A stretch of DNA of 64,000 bases from Eledone cirrhosa (taxonomy: Eukaryota), in assembly GCA_964016885.1 (NCBI GenBank), contig OZ024756.1, positions 13,020,001 through 13,084,000 of the forward strand. The letters run 5' to 3'. Below are positions 36,875-53,873 of the stretch, one piece after another (positions within the stretch are counted from its first letter, which is position 1; each line of letters begins with the position of its first letter). The translations under genes were made by a program, and so were the position numbers. The notes below the pieces were generated by a model. It made no database searches, was not told the origin of the DNA, and saw only the letters and a program-made list of their open reading frames with translations.

Positions 36875-37065
36875 TCTAATTTGGGACAAGGGCAAAGTTG
36901 ATTATATCGACTCAAGTATTTAACTGGTACTTTATTATATGGATCCCAATAGGTTGAAAGGCAAAGCTGACCTCAATGGGATTAGAACTTAGAATGTAAT
37001 GGGACGTGACTTAATACCGAGAGTATTTAGTCCGACACTCTACCGAGTCATCTAATCCACCGCCC
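36875..37065 (-). mobile_element. Nin-domain-like SINE
   Basis: CTGGTACTTTATT...TGAAAGGCAAAG on + strand, plus tRNA-like head at the right end. Confidence 0.6.
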
Positions 37066-37326
37066 TATATATATTAAAACTCGGCGATGGTCTGCAGCAA
37101 CTATGTGGTGGGCCATCTCTGAATCAAATATTTTTTCTGTTTGTGTTTGCCGTAATTCCTTTTATTGATTATCTGATTATGCAATCTACATCTGATGATG
37201 TTGCCAGGATCTTATGTAACGAGGTCATTGAAATATATATAGTGTTTTTGTAACAATAAAACTTTAAAGGAACATCACCACTCTCCTTCTGTAGGGTGCT
37301 TTTTCTACTATTACATCAAGGTTGAC

Positions 37327-42165
<4,839 letters not shown>

Positions 42166-42624
42166 AACATAAAAATACAAACATATTGATTTGGGATTTG
42201 TAAACAATAATGCAATGCTTTAATATTATCATGCACCCCTTTCATACACATACACAAATAAAGGGGTATAAGCTTATATAGAAAGGTTAGATTGCTACAT
42301 AAGTCAGATCCCACTTGTGCCTCCCCTAAACACAGCTCCACAATGCCACATATCCCACAAATATATACCAAATGAATCAAATGGAAAAGTTGTAAAACAT
42401 AATTGCTAAAAGAAAGATAAGAGAAAAACAAAAACAAAAAAAAAAAAAAAAAACGAAAGAAAAACCTCATATTTTTTCTTTTTTTTTTTTGTTTCTTTTT
42501 GGGAAAATTTTGTTTTTTTCTGATTCCAAAGTAACCCCCCTAAATGACACCCTTCTGAAATATTTCATTATCGTTAATATGAATGATGCTGCCAATAATA
42601 ATAATAATAATAATAACAATAATT

Positions 42625-43100
42625 TCTAAGTTCGACACAAGGTCATCAATTTGGGGGCAGAAGGGAAAGTCAACTATATCGACCCCGCCCAGTACTTGGC
42701 TGGTACTTTATTTTAATCGACCCCAGAAGGATGACAGGAAAAGTTGACCTCAGAATGTGAAAGGGACAAAACAAATGGCGCAAAGCATTTCATTAGACAC
42801 TCTACTGATTCTGCCAATCCACCATCTATAATAATTGTTTCTAATTTTTGGGGAGAGTAAAGTCGATTAAATCAACCTCAGTACATTACTGGTACTTTAT
42901 TTCATCGATCCTGTAAGGATGAAAGGCAAAGTTAACCTCTACTAGGAGTTGAAATAATAATAAAAAAATTAAAATACAGTTTCTTTTGACTAGGCACAGC
43001 GCCAATGTTGGTAACAGAGGTCCAGCAGATTGAGTGAAACCCAATATAATACTGGTATCTAGAAGACATGAAAGGCAAAGTGAATTCCAGCAGGATTTAA
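42625..43100 (-). mobile_element. Cluster of Nin-domain-like SINE fragments
   Basis: Three CTGGTA...TGAAAGGCAAAG / TGACAGGAAAAG segments. Confidence 0.6.
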
Positions 43101-43304
43101 ACACTGGTGGAGTGAAGTGGGGTGGTGTGGTGAGTGAGGAGGAGGCTACAAAACATGTAGCGAGGCATCTACTCCAACATCCTACCAGTTACAATAGTAA
43201 TAACAACAATAATAATAATAACAACAATATATCTGTCTGTCTGTCTGTGTGAGAGAGTGGCCGAACCAAGCCAATTAGTGTGGGAGAGATCATCATCATC
43301 ATAT

Positions 43305-43305
43305 A

Positions 43306-43359
<54 letters not shown>

Positions 43360-43712
43360 TATATACACATATTATGCACACACACACACACACATATGCA
43401 TATATATATACATAATTATACATATATATGCATATACGCACACACTCATATATATGCATAATTATACATATATATGCATATATACACACACACACACACT
43501 CATATATATACATAATTATACATATATATGCATATACAGACACACACACACACTCATATATATATACATAATTATACATATATATGCATATACACACACA
43601 CTCATATATATGCATAATTATACATATATATGCATATATACACACACTCACACTCATATATATACATAATTATACATATATATGCACATACACACACACA
43701 CATCTCTCTCTT

Positions 43713-43745
<33 letters not shown>
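43305..43745. repeat. Compound TA/CA microsatellite with a ~50-bp higher-order unit
   Basis: Repeated CATAATTATACATATATATGCATATACACACAC. Confidence 0.85.
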
Positions 43746-43751
43746 TTATTA

Positions 43752-44016
43752 GGTAGTAACATGGACTTACACCGTATTTGACTAAAATTAGTCAGTTAGT
43801 TGGGATTTAAAAAAAACTTTCTGAATGGAAAAAAGGATGAGTATTGACTTACATGGGAGACAAACCCACATCTTTGCTTTGCCGGACCAATGTGTTACCA
43901 ATGTGTTCCATGTAAGTCAATACTCATCCTTTTTTCCATTCAGAGGGTTTTTTTAAGACCTCAACTAACAGACTAATTTTATTTAGTCAAATATGGCATA
44001 AGCACATGGTACTACC
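43752..44016. mobile_element. Foldback MITE with TA target (Tc1/mariner-type)
   Basis: TA|GGTAGTA...TACTACC|TA, ~105-bp inverted arms, ~50-nt spacer. Confidence 0.75.
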
Positions 44017-44305
44017 TAATTTTCAAATTTGCTAGCTGTTTGTAAACAAAGCCTGCTTTGTGTCTTCCTATTTATATTTATATATATATATATCTATATA
44101 TATAGAGAGAGAGACAGAGATAATAGAGGGGTTATCATCCACAGATGTACTGTAATGTCATATAGACTTAAGTTCGGATAGTTGTAGTAGTGGTGGAAGG
44201 AGGATGTAGTTGTGAGGGGTAGTAGTAGTAGTTGTTGTAATGTTGTTGAGAGGTGGTATATAAGATAAGAAGGAGAGGGTGGCAGGAAAGACACAGCTCC
44301 CTGCC

Positions 44306-44527
44306 TCACGATGTACTCCCAGTCAAGTCTGGTATGACAATGCCATGTTGCTGAAGAGTAGCACGTAGTATAGAGTTCTCCTGTTTCAATTCTTCGCACT
44401 GTTGCCGATGTAAGTCACAGTCTACAGATATCCGTTCCGTCTCCTTTAAACTGTCGGCCATCCGAGCATTTGCTGTTCGAAGTTCCTGGATATATTCACA
44501 CGCTTTCGCCAATATTCCACCTTTGCT
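44306..44527 (-). CDS. USF: USF-like bHLH-ZIP terminal exon (helix 2 and leucine zipper)
   Basis: tttcAG acceptor; SKGGILAKACEYIQELRTANARMADSLKETERISVDCDLHRQQCEELKQENSILRATLQQHG...STS-stop. Confidence 0.95.
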   Translation of the reverse strand, partial: SKGGILAKACEYIQELRTANARMADSLKETERISVDCDLHRQQCEELKQENSILRATLQQHGIVIPDLTGSTS

Positions 44528-44604
44528 CTGAAATAAAGAAAAGATGAAATCATATATCGCTTCATGATTGATATATTATTGCCCTTCACCCATCACCAAG
44601 TTTC

Positions 44605-44915
44605 CCTGTGGCCTAGTGGTTAGTATGTTGTACTTACAATCATAATGCCGTAGGTTTGATTCCAGGACCAGATCATGTTGGCAGTGAAGGTGTGTGGCCT
44701 AGTGTTTAGGTGGCATATTGTGTTTTGGGGCAAAACACTTCACTCCACATTGTTCCATTACACCCAGATGAAATTTAGTACTAGTAGTAACTAGGGGGTT
44801 GTCCCTACAATGGACTGGCATCCTGTCCAGCGAGAAAGTCTTGTATTCTTAACACCAATGGGAAATGAAACTGGGAAAAAGCACTGACCTGCTAAGCTTC
44901 ATGGCTTGGAGCAGG
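44605..44915 (+). mobile_element. tRNA-derived CORE-like SINE with duplicated head
   Basis: TGTGGCCTAGTGG A box twice, GGGCAAAACACTTCACTCCACATTG core; related to 33935-34195. Confidence 0.6.
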
Positions 44916-45292
44916 ATTTAGGTTTTGTTCATGACCTGGACAGGTCACTAGGATCTTAGTCAGATCTTATTCCGAGTCCCCATCCCCCAGGGAGTCAGAA
45001 GATCATGTCTTGGCAGGGTTTCTATGGCTGGATGCTCTTTCTAACAGCAACCAATAGAGTGTACTGGGTGCATGTTACCATGGAACAAACACTATAGAGG
45101 TTGCCTTGGCCAGTACATGGCAACGGCCCTCCTCCATTCTTTCAGGGTCACCTGAGAGGGTAAAGTGAGAAGAGAGAGAGCATGTGTGAAGGTGTGATAG
45201 TGATAAAATGGTAGGTGGAAAAGGGAGAGATGCAAAGGTAGCTACATTGTGTTACACAGGAGAGAGAGAGAGTGGTAGCTACTGTGGGTTAC

Positions 45293-45339
<47 letters not shown>

Positions 45340-45400
45340 TGGTAGCTACAGTGGGTTACATAAGATATCTAAAACCAGGAAGAATTAGAAGCCAACTTAC

Positions 45401-45504
45401 TGCACTAACTTGTCCTTGTTTGGAATGGTCTTGAGCACACTCAGGGACAAGTTTCGATAAATGAACAATCCAATTATTGATTTTGTCACGCCGTCGTCTC
45501 TCCA
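45401..45504 (-). CDS. USF: USF-like exon (basic region end, helix 1, loop)
   Basis: ttccAG acceptor; (V)ERRRRDKINNWIVHLSKLVPECAQDHSKQGQ(VSA); two possible in-frame donors after 45410 and 45401. Confidence 0.95.
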
Positions 45505-45583
45505 CTGGAATCAACAAAAACCAAAAGGAGAAAGTTTCAATTTATTGCATAAAAGTTAAAGATCTTTTAACCTTCCTTCCATT

Positions 45584-45801
45584 TTAACCCTTTAACATTT
45601 ACATTACTCTATATTTACTATTGTATTTTCATGGTAAACCCTTTATCTCACATAATATCGAATCAATATGAAATTTTAATATTATTCTTTTTGAGATTAA
45701 TACTTTAACATAAGTATAAGCAGCCAGTTACGGCCAATTTGAACAGAAAAAGGTGAGAGAATTCTGGCCGGATATGGCCAGTTTAAATGCTAAAGGGTTA
45801 A
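45584..45801 (-). mobile_element. piggyBac-type MITE
   Basis: TTAA-CCCTTTAACATTTA...TAAATGCTAAAGGG-TTAA. Confidence 0.88.
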
Positions 45802-46789
45802 AATATATCAGTTTGGTGGTAAGTCTACCCATTCAGTACCTCACCTAGGCCACTCCAGTTAGCACTGCACCTAAGCCTCTCCAGTTAATCATCATCATCA
45901 TCACTGTTACGTCCATTCTTCCATGTTAGCATGGGTTAGACGGGTTGTCCTGTTGTGGGCGATGTTAGGTCGGGTGACCTTGTCTTGCAAATATATCATA
46001 GCAGTTAATATCTCACCTAAACCACTCCAGTCAACACCTCACCTAAGTCACTCTACTCATTATCTCACCGTGGTCACCTCAATTAGTACCTCACCTAGGC
46101 CACCCCAGTTAGTACTTCACCATGACCCTTTTTAAGGACTTCAAGACTGGTGTGTGTGTGTGTATATTAGAAGTGTCCTGAAACGAGGGACCTGGTCCAA
46201 ATGCTTGTAAGAGAGAGTCAACTCTGTTAGAGACACTCAAGGGGAAGATGACGGTGTTGAACTGGGGGACAGATTAAGTTTGTCACACAAGTAGACCACG
46301 GTGGGATTTAACACAGCAAGGTAGCTCATGCAACACTCAATCAACTTTCCTGAACCGGTACCTTATTTTATTATATTGACCCCAGTATTTGACTGGTATT
46401 TTATTATTCAGCTGTAGAGACCAAGCGAGAATCAGTTCCGTGTAAGACATGGTCACCTGCCCACAACAGGACAACTTGTCTAACCCACACAAGCGTGGAA
46501 GAATGGATGTAAAAGGATGATGAGGAAACAATGAAAGGTAATGTTGTCCCGGGATTCAAACACGGAGTTCAACGAGCCAGAACAAATACAGCAAGGCGTC
46601 CAGTTCTTTAACAAATCTATCAATTTGTTGGCTCCAGTTCCAAATATATCTTTGATATATCAACCATATCTAAACTGTGTCAATGTGTGGAACATAAGCT
46701 GGTAAGCTAGGACAAGGATAAAACATACTTTATCACACACTAGCTGGATCTGCTAAGATATGTATTGTCACTCACATCTCCTATGATCT

Positions 46790-47885
46790 ACTTCCATAAG
46801 TTAAACCAGGCTGCTATGATATAGTTGTTGTTAAACTACATTTCCATAAGTTAAACCAGGCTGCTATGATATAGTTGTTAAGCTACACTTCCATAAGTTA
46901 AACCAGGCTGCTATGATATAGTTGTTGTTAAACTACACTTCCATAAGTTAAACCAGGTTGCTATGATATAGTTGTTAAATTCACACTTCCATAAGTTAAA
47001 CCAGGCTGCTATGATATAGTTGTTGTTAAACTACACTTCCATAAGTTAAACCAGGCTGCTATGATATAGTTGTTAAACTCTTACTTCCATAAGTTAAACC
47101 AGGCTGCTATGATATAGTTGTTAAATTCACACTTCCATAAGTTAAACCAGGCTGCTATGATATAGTTGTTAAACTACACTTCCATAAGTTAAACCAGGCT
47201 GCTATGATATAGTTGTTAAACTACATTTCCATAAGTTAAACCAGGCTGCTATGATATAGTTGTTAAACTCACACTTCCATAAGTTAAACCAGGCTGCTAT
47301 GATATAGTTGTTAAACTCTTACTTCCATAAGTTAAACCAGGCTGCTATGATATAGTTGTTAAACTACACTTCCATAAGTTAAACCAGGCTGCTATGATAT
47401 AGTTGTTAAACTCTTACTTCCATAAGTTAAAGCAGGCTGCTATGATATAGTTGTTAAATTCACACTTCCATATGTTAAACCAGGCTGCTATGATATAGTT
47501 GTTAAACTCTTACTTCCATAAGTTAAACCAGGCTGCTATGATATAGTTGTTAAACTCTTACTTCCATAAGTTAAACCAGGCTGCTATGATATAGTTGTTA
47601 AACTCTTACTTCCATAAGTAAACCAGGCTGCTATGATATAGTTGTTAAACTCTTACTCCCATAAGTTAAACCAGGCTGCTATGATATAGTTGTTAAACTC
47701 ACACTTCCATATGTTAAACCAGGCTGCTATGATATAGTTGTTAAATTCACACTTCCATAAGTTAAACCAGGCTGCTATGATATAGTTGTTAAACTCTTAC
47801 TTCCATAAGTTAAACCAGGCTGCTATGATATAGTTGTTAAACTCACACTTCCATATGTTAAACCAGGCTGCTATGATATAGTTGC
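46790..47885. repeat. 47-51-bp minisatellite, ~22 copies
   Basis: Unit CTTCCATAAGTTAAACCAGGCTGCTATGATATAGTTGTTAAACTCACA. Confidence 0.95.
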
Positions 47886-48199
47886 CATTTTGTGTTGTTT
47901 AGCCTTCTATCATTTTCCACATCATATATTATATAAAATACTTCAAGCAAACTACAACATTTTATTACACTTTTATAAGTTTAGCCAATCTCATTTGAGG
48001 TTGTTTCTCATAGAACATTTTTTGTGTGTTTTAATGTTAGGAGCACCAGTCTTCTTGTGTTGTGATAAAAAAAAAAAAAAAAAAAAAAATATAAATAAAA
48101 TACTTTTTTTTTCCCCTTTTAAAATTAACTCTTTTCTCACCATATTTGAAATAGTATGCTTGATTTCCATGTTGGGATGAACTGGACAGGCTATCATGT

Positions 48200-48517
48200 T
48201 CTGAGACCAGACATGTCACGTGACCACATCTTGGTCTGAGACCAGACATGTCAGATGACCACACCTTGGTCTCTCACCAGACATATCACATGACCACACC
48301 TTGGTCTGAGACCAGACATGTCAGATGATCACACCTTGGTCTCTCACCAGACATATCACATGACCACACCTTGGTCTGAGACCAGACATGTCAGATGACC
48401 ACATCTTGGTCTCAAACCAGACACATCAGCTGACCATATCTTGGTCTCAAACCAGACACATCAGCTGACCATATCTTGGTCTCAGACCAGACATATCAAG
48501 ACATGTCAGATGACCAC
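48200..48517. promoter_or_regulatory. 35-bp tandem array of E-boxes (candidate intronic USF-binding element)
   Basis: Nine TCANNTGA sites, first is GTCACGTGAC (48215-48224); the repeat is certain, a regulatory role is inferred. Confidence 0.45.
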
Positions 48518-48563
48518 GTTGTGTTCAATACATGAGACAAGAAATTGAATAAATATAATGAAC

Positions 48564-48698
48564 CTTCATTATGTGTTGCTCGTCTCCGGTCGTCTCGCGT
48601 TGATCTCCCGTCTAATTTGGGACTGTAGTTTGTTCGGGGAGCAATGTTACGTTGACTTTGAAGTACATCTTGAGGGGACATCATTACATAAAACTGAC
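48564..48698 (-). CDS. USF: USF-like exon (USF-specific region and start of basic region)
   Basis: ttccAG acceptor; (G)QFYVMMSPQDVLQSQRNIAPRTNYSPKLDGRSTRDDRRRATHNE is the USR signature; phase 1-1. Confidence 0.95.
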
Positions 48699-48741
48699 CT
48701 GGAAAGTTGAAAACAATTAAATAAAGCAATCAACAAATAGA

Positions 48742-48957
48742 TTGAACCTTCTAACATTTACATTTTTCTGTATCTGCTATTGTATTTAATGGTAAAGGCT
48801 TTATTTCACATAATATCGAATCTATGAGATTTTTATATTATATATTTTGAGAACAATACCTTAACGTAAGTATGAGTGGCTAGCTACGGCCGGTTTGAAC
48901 AGAAAGAGGTGAGAGAATTCTGGCCAGTTACGACCGGTTTAAATGCTAAAGGGTTAA
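48742..48957 (-). mobile_element. piggyBac-type MITE
   Basis: Family body, right end TAAATGCTAAAGGG-TTAA, left TIR degraded. Confidence 0.8.
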
Positions 48958-49224
48958 ACCATGTTCCCCTCCTCTCTCTGTTAGCACTGTCATGGCAACT
49001 AAGACTGTGCCTTTGGATCTACGTGTGTCACATACCTATGTACTCAACTGGAATTATGTCCCAATAATATTTCTTGGAGAGAAACACACACGTATGTATA
49101 TATATATATGTGTGTGTGTGTGTTTGTAAAAGGTAAATAGAAATAATAAAGTCCTCTCTTCCCGGTAGTCTACTTGTTATCCCACTACATCTTTTGTGTA
49201 CTTGAGATTTACATTGTGTACATC

Positions 49225-50037
49225 ATATGAAATTTATATCTACTCTTTTTCTACATACTGATCAGGGCCACTTCCTTGAAGGAATCAGGGTCCTATCTTC
49301 TTGCCTACTCAGTCGCACTTCAGTTATGGTTAAGTTTACTCTCAAACCTTTAAATTCCAAATTATGTTTGCATAATCGGAACTTATTTTCTAGTTCTTTT
49401 TTGGAGGGGTTTCAGCTATAAGGGCCAAATCATCTGCATAGAGAAGTTCCCATGGACAGCCAGTTTTAAACTTCTCTGATATGGCCTAGAGAACTATGAT
49501 AAACAGCAGTGGGCTAAGAATCGAACCTTGAACTCCTACCTCTACCTTCAATTCCTCACAAAACTCACTTTCTACTTTCACTTTACTAACATCTCCTCTG
49601 TATATAGTTTGCACAGCTCTCACAAGTCATTTTTCTACACCTGATTTCCTTAAAGACCATCAGATAATAGCTTGAGGTACTGTCAAAGGCCTTTTCTAGA
49701 TCAATAAAAGCTGAATATTGCAGCTTTTTTCTCTCTAAGAACTTCTCTTGTAGTTGCCTCACTAAAAAGAAGGCATCCATAGTACTTTTCCCAGGCATGA
49801 AACCAAACTGCATCTCGTCTAATTTGATTCTTTAAATAGCTACGCTATAACTCTTTCATAACTTGGTCCATTAGTTTTATTCCTCTACAGTTGCTCCTTT
49901 GTCCTTGTAGCAATTTATGATTGGGTATTACTTGATTGACTATGTGGGTTGACTCCTACACCTCCCAATGATTTTAACATCTCAGGAACTATGTCTTATG
50001 GTCCTGCAGCTTTACCGTTCTTTATCTCATTGATGCC
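49225..50037 (-). mobile_element. RTE-like LINE reverse transcriptase fragment, degenerate
   Basis: MQFGFMPGKSTMDAFFLVRQLQEKF...FIDLEKAFD; downstream QGSILSPLLF and ELLYADDL motifs. Confidence 0.85.
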
Positions 50038-50326
50038 CTACGTACACAATATATATGTATGTGTGTGTGTGTGTGTGTGTATATATTATAAAATTTACAA
50101 AATTATCATTTAAAACATCACAATCCAGAAGAGTGGGAGTAACATTTATTGCATAACACTGACATGTGTTTCATCGTATGTGTTACATATCAGTCTTGGA
50201 TCGCTAATATTTGACTATTTTAATCAAATGAAATCGAATCCAACTATTTAAAAAACTCATATATAGACACAGCAAATTTTCAAAGTGGAATCACAAAGCA
50301 GCTAAAGAAACTGAATAATGCTATAA

Positions 50327-50329
<3 letters not shown>

Positions 50330-50422
<93 letters not shown>

Positions 50423-50476
50423 GTGCGTGCGCGTGTGCGTGCGTGTGCGTGTGCGTGTGCGTGCGTGCGTGTGTGT
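50330..50476. repeat. (TG)n/(TGCG)n microsatellite
   Basis: Directly visible. Confidence 0.95.
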
Positions 50477-50533
50477 ATACATATATATATATACTAATGT
50501 ATATAAAAATACGTCTAAAAAATTATTATTTAC

Positions 50534-50702
50534 CCCCAGCTGCAGTAACTGGTCCAATTGCTGTGGCTGTTGGTACCTCCGCTGGTGAGGTCACTGCATT
50601 CTCTGCTGTTGACCCAGATGTGGGGAAATATGTAAAACGGGTTTCTGTCTGACTTTCAGGTGTTGGACTTCCTCCGTTACTGAAAGGGGTCTGGATAACA
50701 GC
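50534..50702 (-). CDS. USF: USF-like exon (activation region)
   Basis: attAG acceptor, GTAAAT donor; AVIQTPFSNGGSPTPESQTETRFTYFP... resembles USF2 AVIQNPFSNGGSP...RFAYFP; phase 0-1. Confidence 0.9.
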
Positions 50703-50759
50703 CTAATGGGGCCATGAAAAATAGAGATAAATATAACGAATAACAACAATCACATTTTA

Positions 50760-51085
50760 GTTAATAATTAAAGGGTCACAACAGCTAATTCATTTAAAAA
50801 GGGTCACAATAGCTCATTAGTTTAATAAAGGGTCACAACAGTTAATTAGTTTAATCAGTAGAGGGTCACAACAGCTAATTAGTTTAATAAAGGATCACAA
50901 TAGCTAATTAGTTTAATAAAGGGTCACAATAGCTAATTAGTTTAATGAGTAGAGGGTCACAACAGCTAATTAGTTTAATAAAGGGTCACAATAGCTAATT
51001 AGTTTAATGAGTAGAGGGCCACAACAGCTAATTAGTTTAATAAAGGGTCACAATAGCTAATTAGTTTAACGAGAAGAGGGTCAAT
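50760..51085. repeat. ~29-34-bp minisatellite
   Basis: AGGGTCACAATAGCTAATTAGTTTAAT units. Confidence 0.88.
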
Positions 51086-51131
51086 AAATATGAGAAAGAT
51101 TATAAGGAAGAGAATATTAAATTCGACCTAC

Positions 51132-51235
51132 CTGAGCAACTTGAGCACCTGCAGGAAAGCCTGTGGTAGACACTACCTGAGCTGTAGCTTCACTACCATC
51201 CTGTGTTACCTGGACTACACGATAGGTCACCTGAC
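51132..51235 (-). CDS. USF: USF-like exon
   Basis: ctctacAG acceptor, GTAGGT donor; (G)QVTYRVVQVTQDGSEATAQVVSTTGFPAGAQVAQ resembles USF2 GQVTYRVVQVT; phase 1-0. Confidence 0.9.
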
Positions 51236-51524
51236 CTGTAGAGAAACAATCACCGACTTCATATGACCCAGTCATTCCTGTCGGAGACACAATTGGAAAG
51301 ATGTTGAACATTAAAGCAATACTAGAAAACGTCTACAGATCATACAAAACACCAAAGGTAGGAGAAGTCCATCACTTGAGAGAGTGAAACCCTCTATCAT
51401 CATCAATCATTTTACAGCAGTAACAGACAGCCACAATCATATTCTACTAACTGCAGCCTTCATAGTTGTGGTCTCTTGGTCAGGTGATTAGAACCCGAAG
51501 GCAGAATTTGAACACAGAATGTAA

Positions 51525-53505
51525 ACTGGTATATATTCTACCTATCCCACAGTTGGTATCACCTCCATCACTACATGGTATATATTCTACCTATCCCACA
51601 GTTGGTATCACCTCCATCACTACATGGTATATATTCTACCTATCCCACAGTTGGTATCACCTCCATCACTACATGGTATATATTCTACCTATCCCACAGT
51701 TGGTATCACCTCCATTACTACATGGTATATATTCTACCTATCCCACAGTTGTATTGTATCACCTTCATCACTACATGGTATATATTCTACCCATCCCACA
51801 GTTGGTATCACCTCCATCACTACATGGTTTATATTCTACCTATCCCACAGTTGGTATCACCTCCAACACAACATGGTATATATTCTACCTATCCCACAGT
51901 TGGTATCACCTCCAACACAACATGGTATATATTCTACCTATCCCACAGTTGGTATCACCTCCATCACTACATGGTATATATTCTACCTATCCCACAGTTG
52001 GTATCACCTCCATCACTACATGGTATATATTCTACCTATCCCACAGTTGGTATCACCTCCATTACTACATGGTATATATTCTACCTATCCCACAGTTGTA
52101 TTGTATCACCTCCATCACTACATGGTATATATTCTACCCATCCCACAGTTGGTATCACCTCCATCACTACATGGTTTATATTCTACCTATCCCACAGTTG
52201 GTATCACCTCCAACACAACATGGTATATATTCTACCTATCCCACAGTTGGTATCACCTCCATCACTACATGGTATATATTCTACCTATCCCACAGTTGGT
52301 ATCACCTCCAACACAACATGGTATATATTCTACCTATCCCAGTTGGTATCACCTCCATTACTACATGGTTTATATTCTACCTATCCCACAGTTGGTATCA
52401 CCTCCATCACTACATGGTATATATTCTACCTATCCCACAGTTGGTATCACCTCAATCACAACATGGTATATATTCTACCTATCTCACAGTTGGTATCACC
52501 TCCATCACTACATGGTATATATTCTACCTATCCCAGTTGGTATCACCCCACCACTACATGGTATATATTCTACCTATCCCACAGTTGGTATCACCTCCAT
52601 TACTACATGGTATATATCCTACCTATCCCAGTTGGTATCACCTCCATCACTACATGGTATATATTCTACCTATCCCACAGTTGGTATCACCTCCATTACT
52701 ACATGGTATATATTCTACCTATCCCACAGTTGTATTGTATCACCTCCATCACTACATGGTATATATTCTACCTATCCCACAGTTGGTATCACCTCAATCA
52801 CTACATGGTATATATTCTACCTATCCCCCAGTTGGTATCACCTCCATCACTACATGGTATATATTCTACCTATCCCACAGTTGGTATCACCTCCATCACT
52901 ACATGGTATATATTCTACCTATCCCACAGTTGTATTGTATCACCTCCATCACTACATGGTATATATTCTACCTATCCCACAGTTGGTATCACCTCAATCA
53001 CTACATGGTATATATTCTACCTATCCCACAGTTGGTATCACCTCCATTACTACATGGTATATATTCTACCTATCCCACAGTTGTATTGTATCACCTCCAT
53101 CACTACATGGTATATATTCTACCTATCCCACAGTTGGTATCACCTCAATCACTACATGGTATATATTCTACCTATCCCACAGTTGGTATCACCTCCATTA
53201 CTACATGGTATATATTCTACCTATCCCACAGTTGTATTGTATCACCTCCATCACTACATGGTATATATTCTACCTATCCCACAGTTGGTATCACCTCAAT
53301 CACTACATGGTATATATTCTACCTATCCCACAGTTGGTATCACCTCAATCACTACATGGTATATATTCTACCTATCCCACAGTTGGTATCACCTCCATCA
53401 CTACATGGTTTATATTCTACCTATCCCACAGTTGGTATCACCTCCATTACTACATGGTATATATTCTACCTATCCCACAGTTGTATTGTATCACTACATG
53501 GTGTA
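51525..53505. repeat. 49-bp minisatellite, ~40 copies
   Basis: Unit CATGGTATATATTCTACCTATCCCACAGTTGGTATCACCTCCATCACTA. Confidence 0.96.
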
Positions 53506-53514
53506 TATTATTTT

Positions 53515-53700
53515 GGCAGTATCGGTAAAGGGTCGGACGCCATGCTTTGACGCATAGAGTTACTGCCCTTGCCATTCTGAGTTCAAATCCCGCCGAGGTT
53601 AACTTTACCTTTCATCCTTATGGGGGTCGATAAAATAAAGTACCAGTAATGCACTGGGTATTTGCTGGCCTTGTGCCAAAAAGTAGAAGCAATTATTTCT
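53515..53700 (+). mobile_element. Nin-domain-like SINE
   Basis: Closely similar to 18555-18730; B box GAGTTCAAATCCC. Confidence 0.75.
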
Positions 53701-53873
53701 ATTTATCCCACAATTGGTTTAATCCATTCCTTGTTATTATCAACAACAGTTAAGTCCATTATTTGTTCCTTGTACTAAAAGCCATTCTGGTTTCCTGATA
53801 AGCTATGAAAGACTGTGGAAGAAGTCAGTCACAGACAGTTAAGTCAAAAATATGGACCCATTCATAAAATTGT

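Noticed and set aside
51466-53557. Three overlapping 630-690 aa ORFs and acceptor-like TTCTACCTATCCCACAG motifs
   Set aside because: Product of a stop-free 49-bp repeat; antisense to the USF intron, no protein signature
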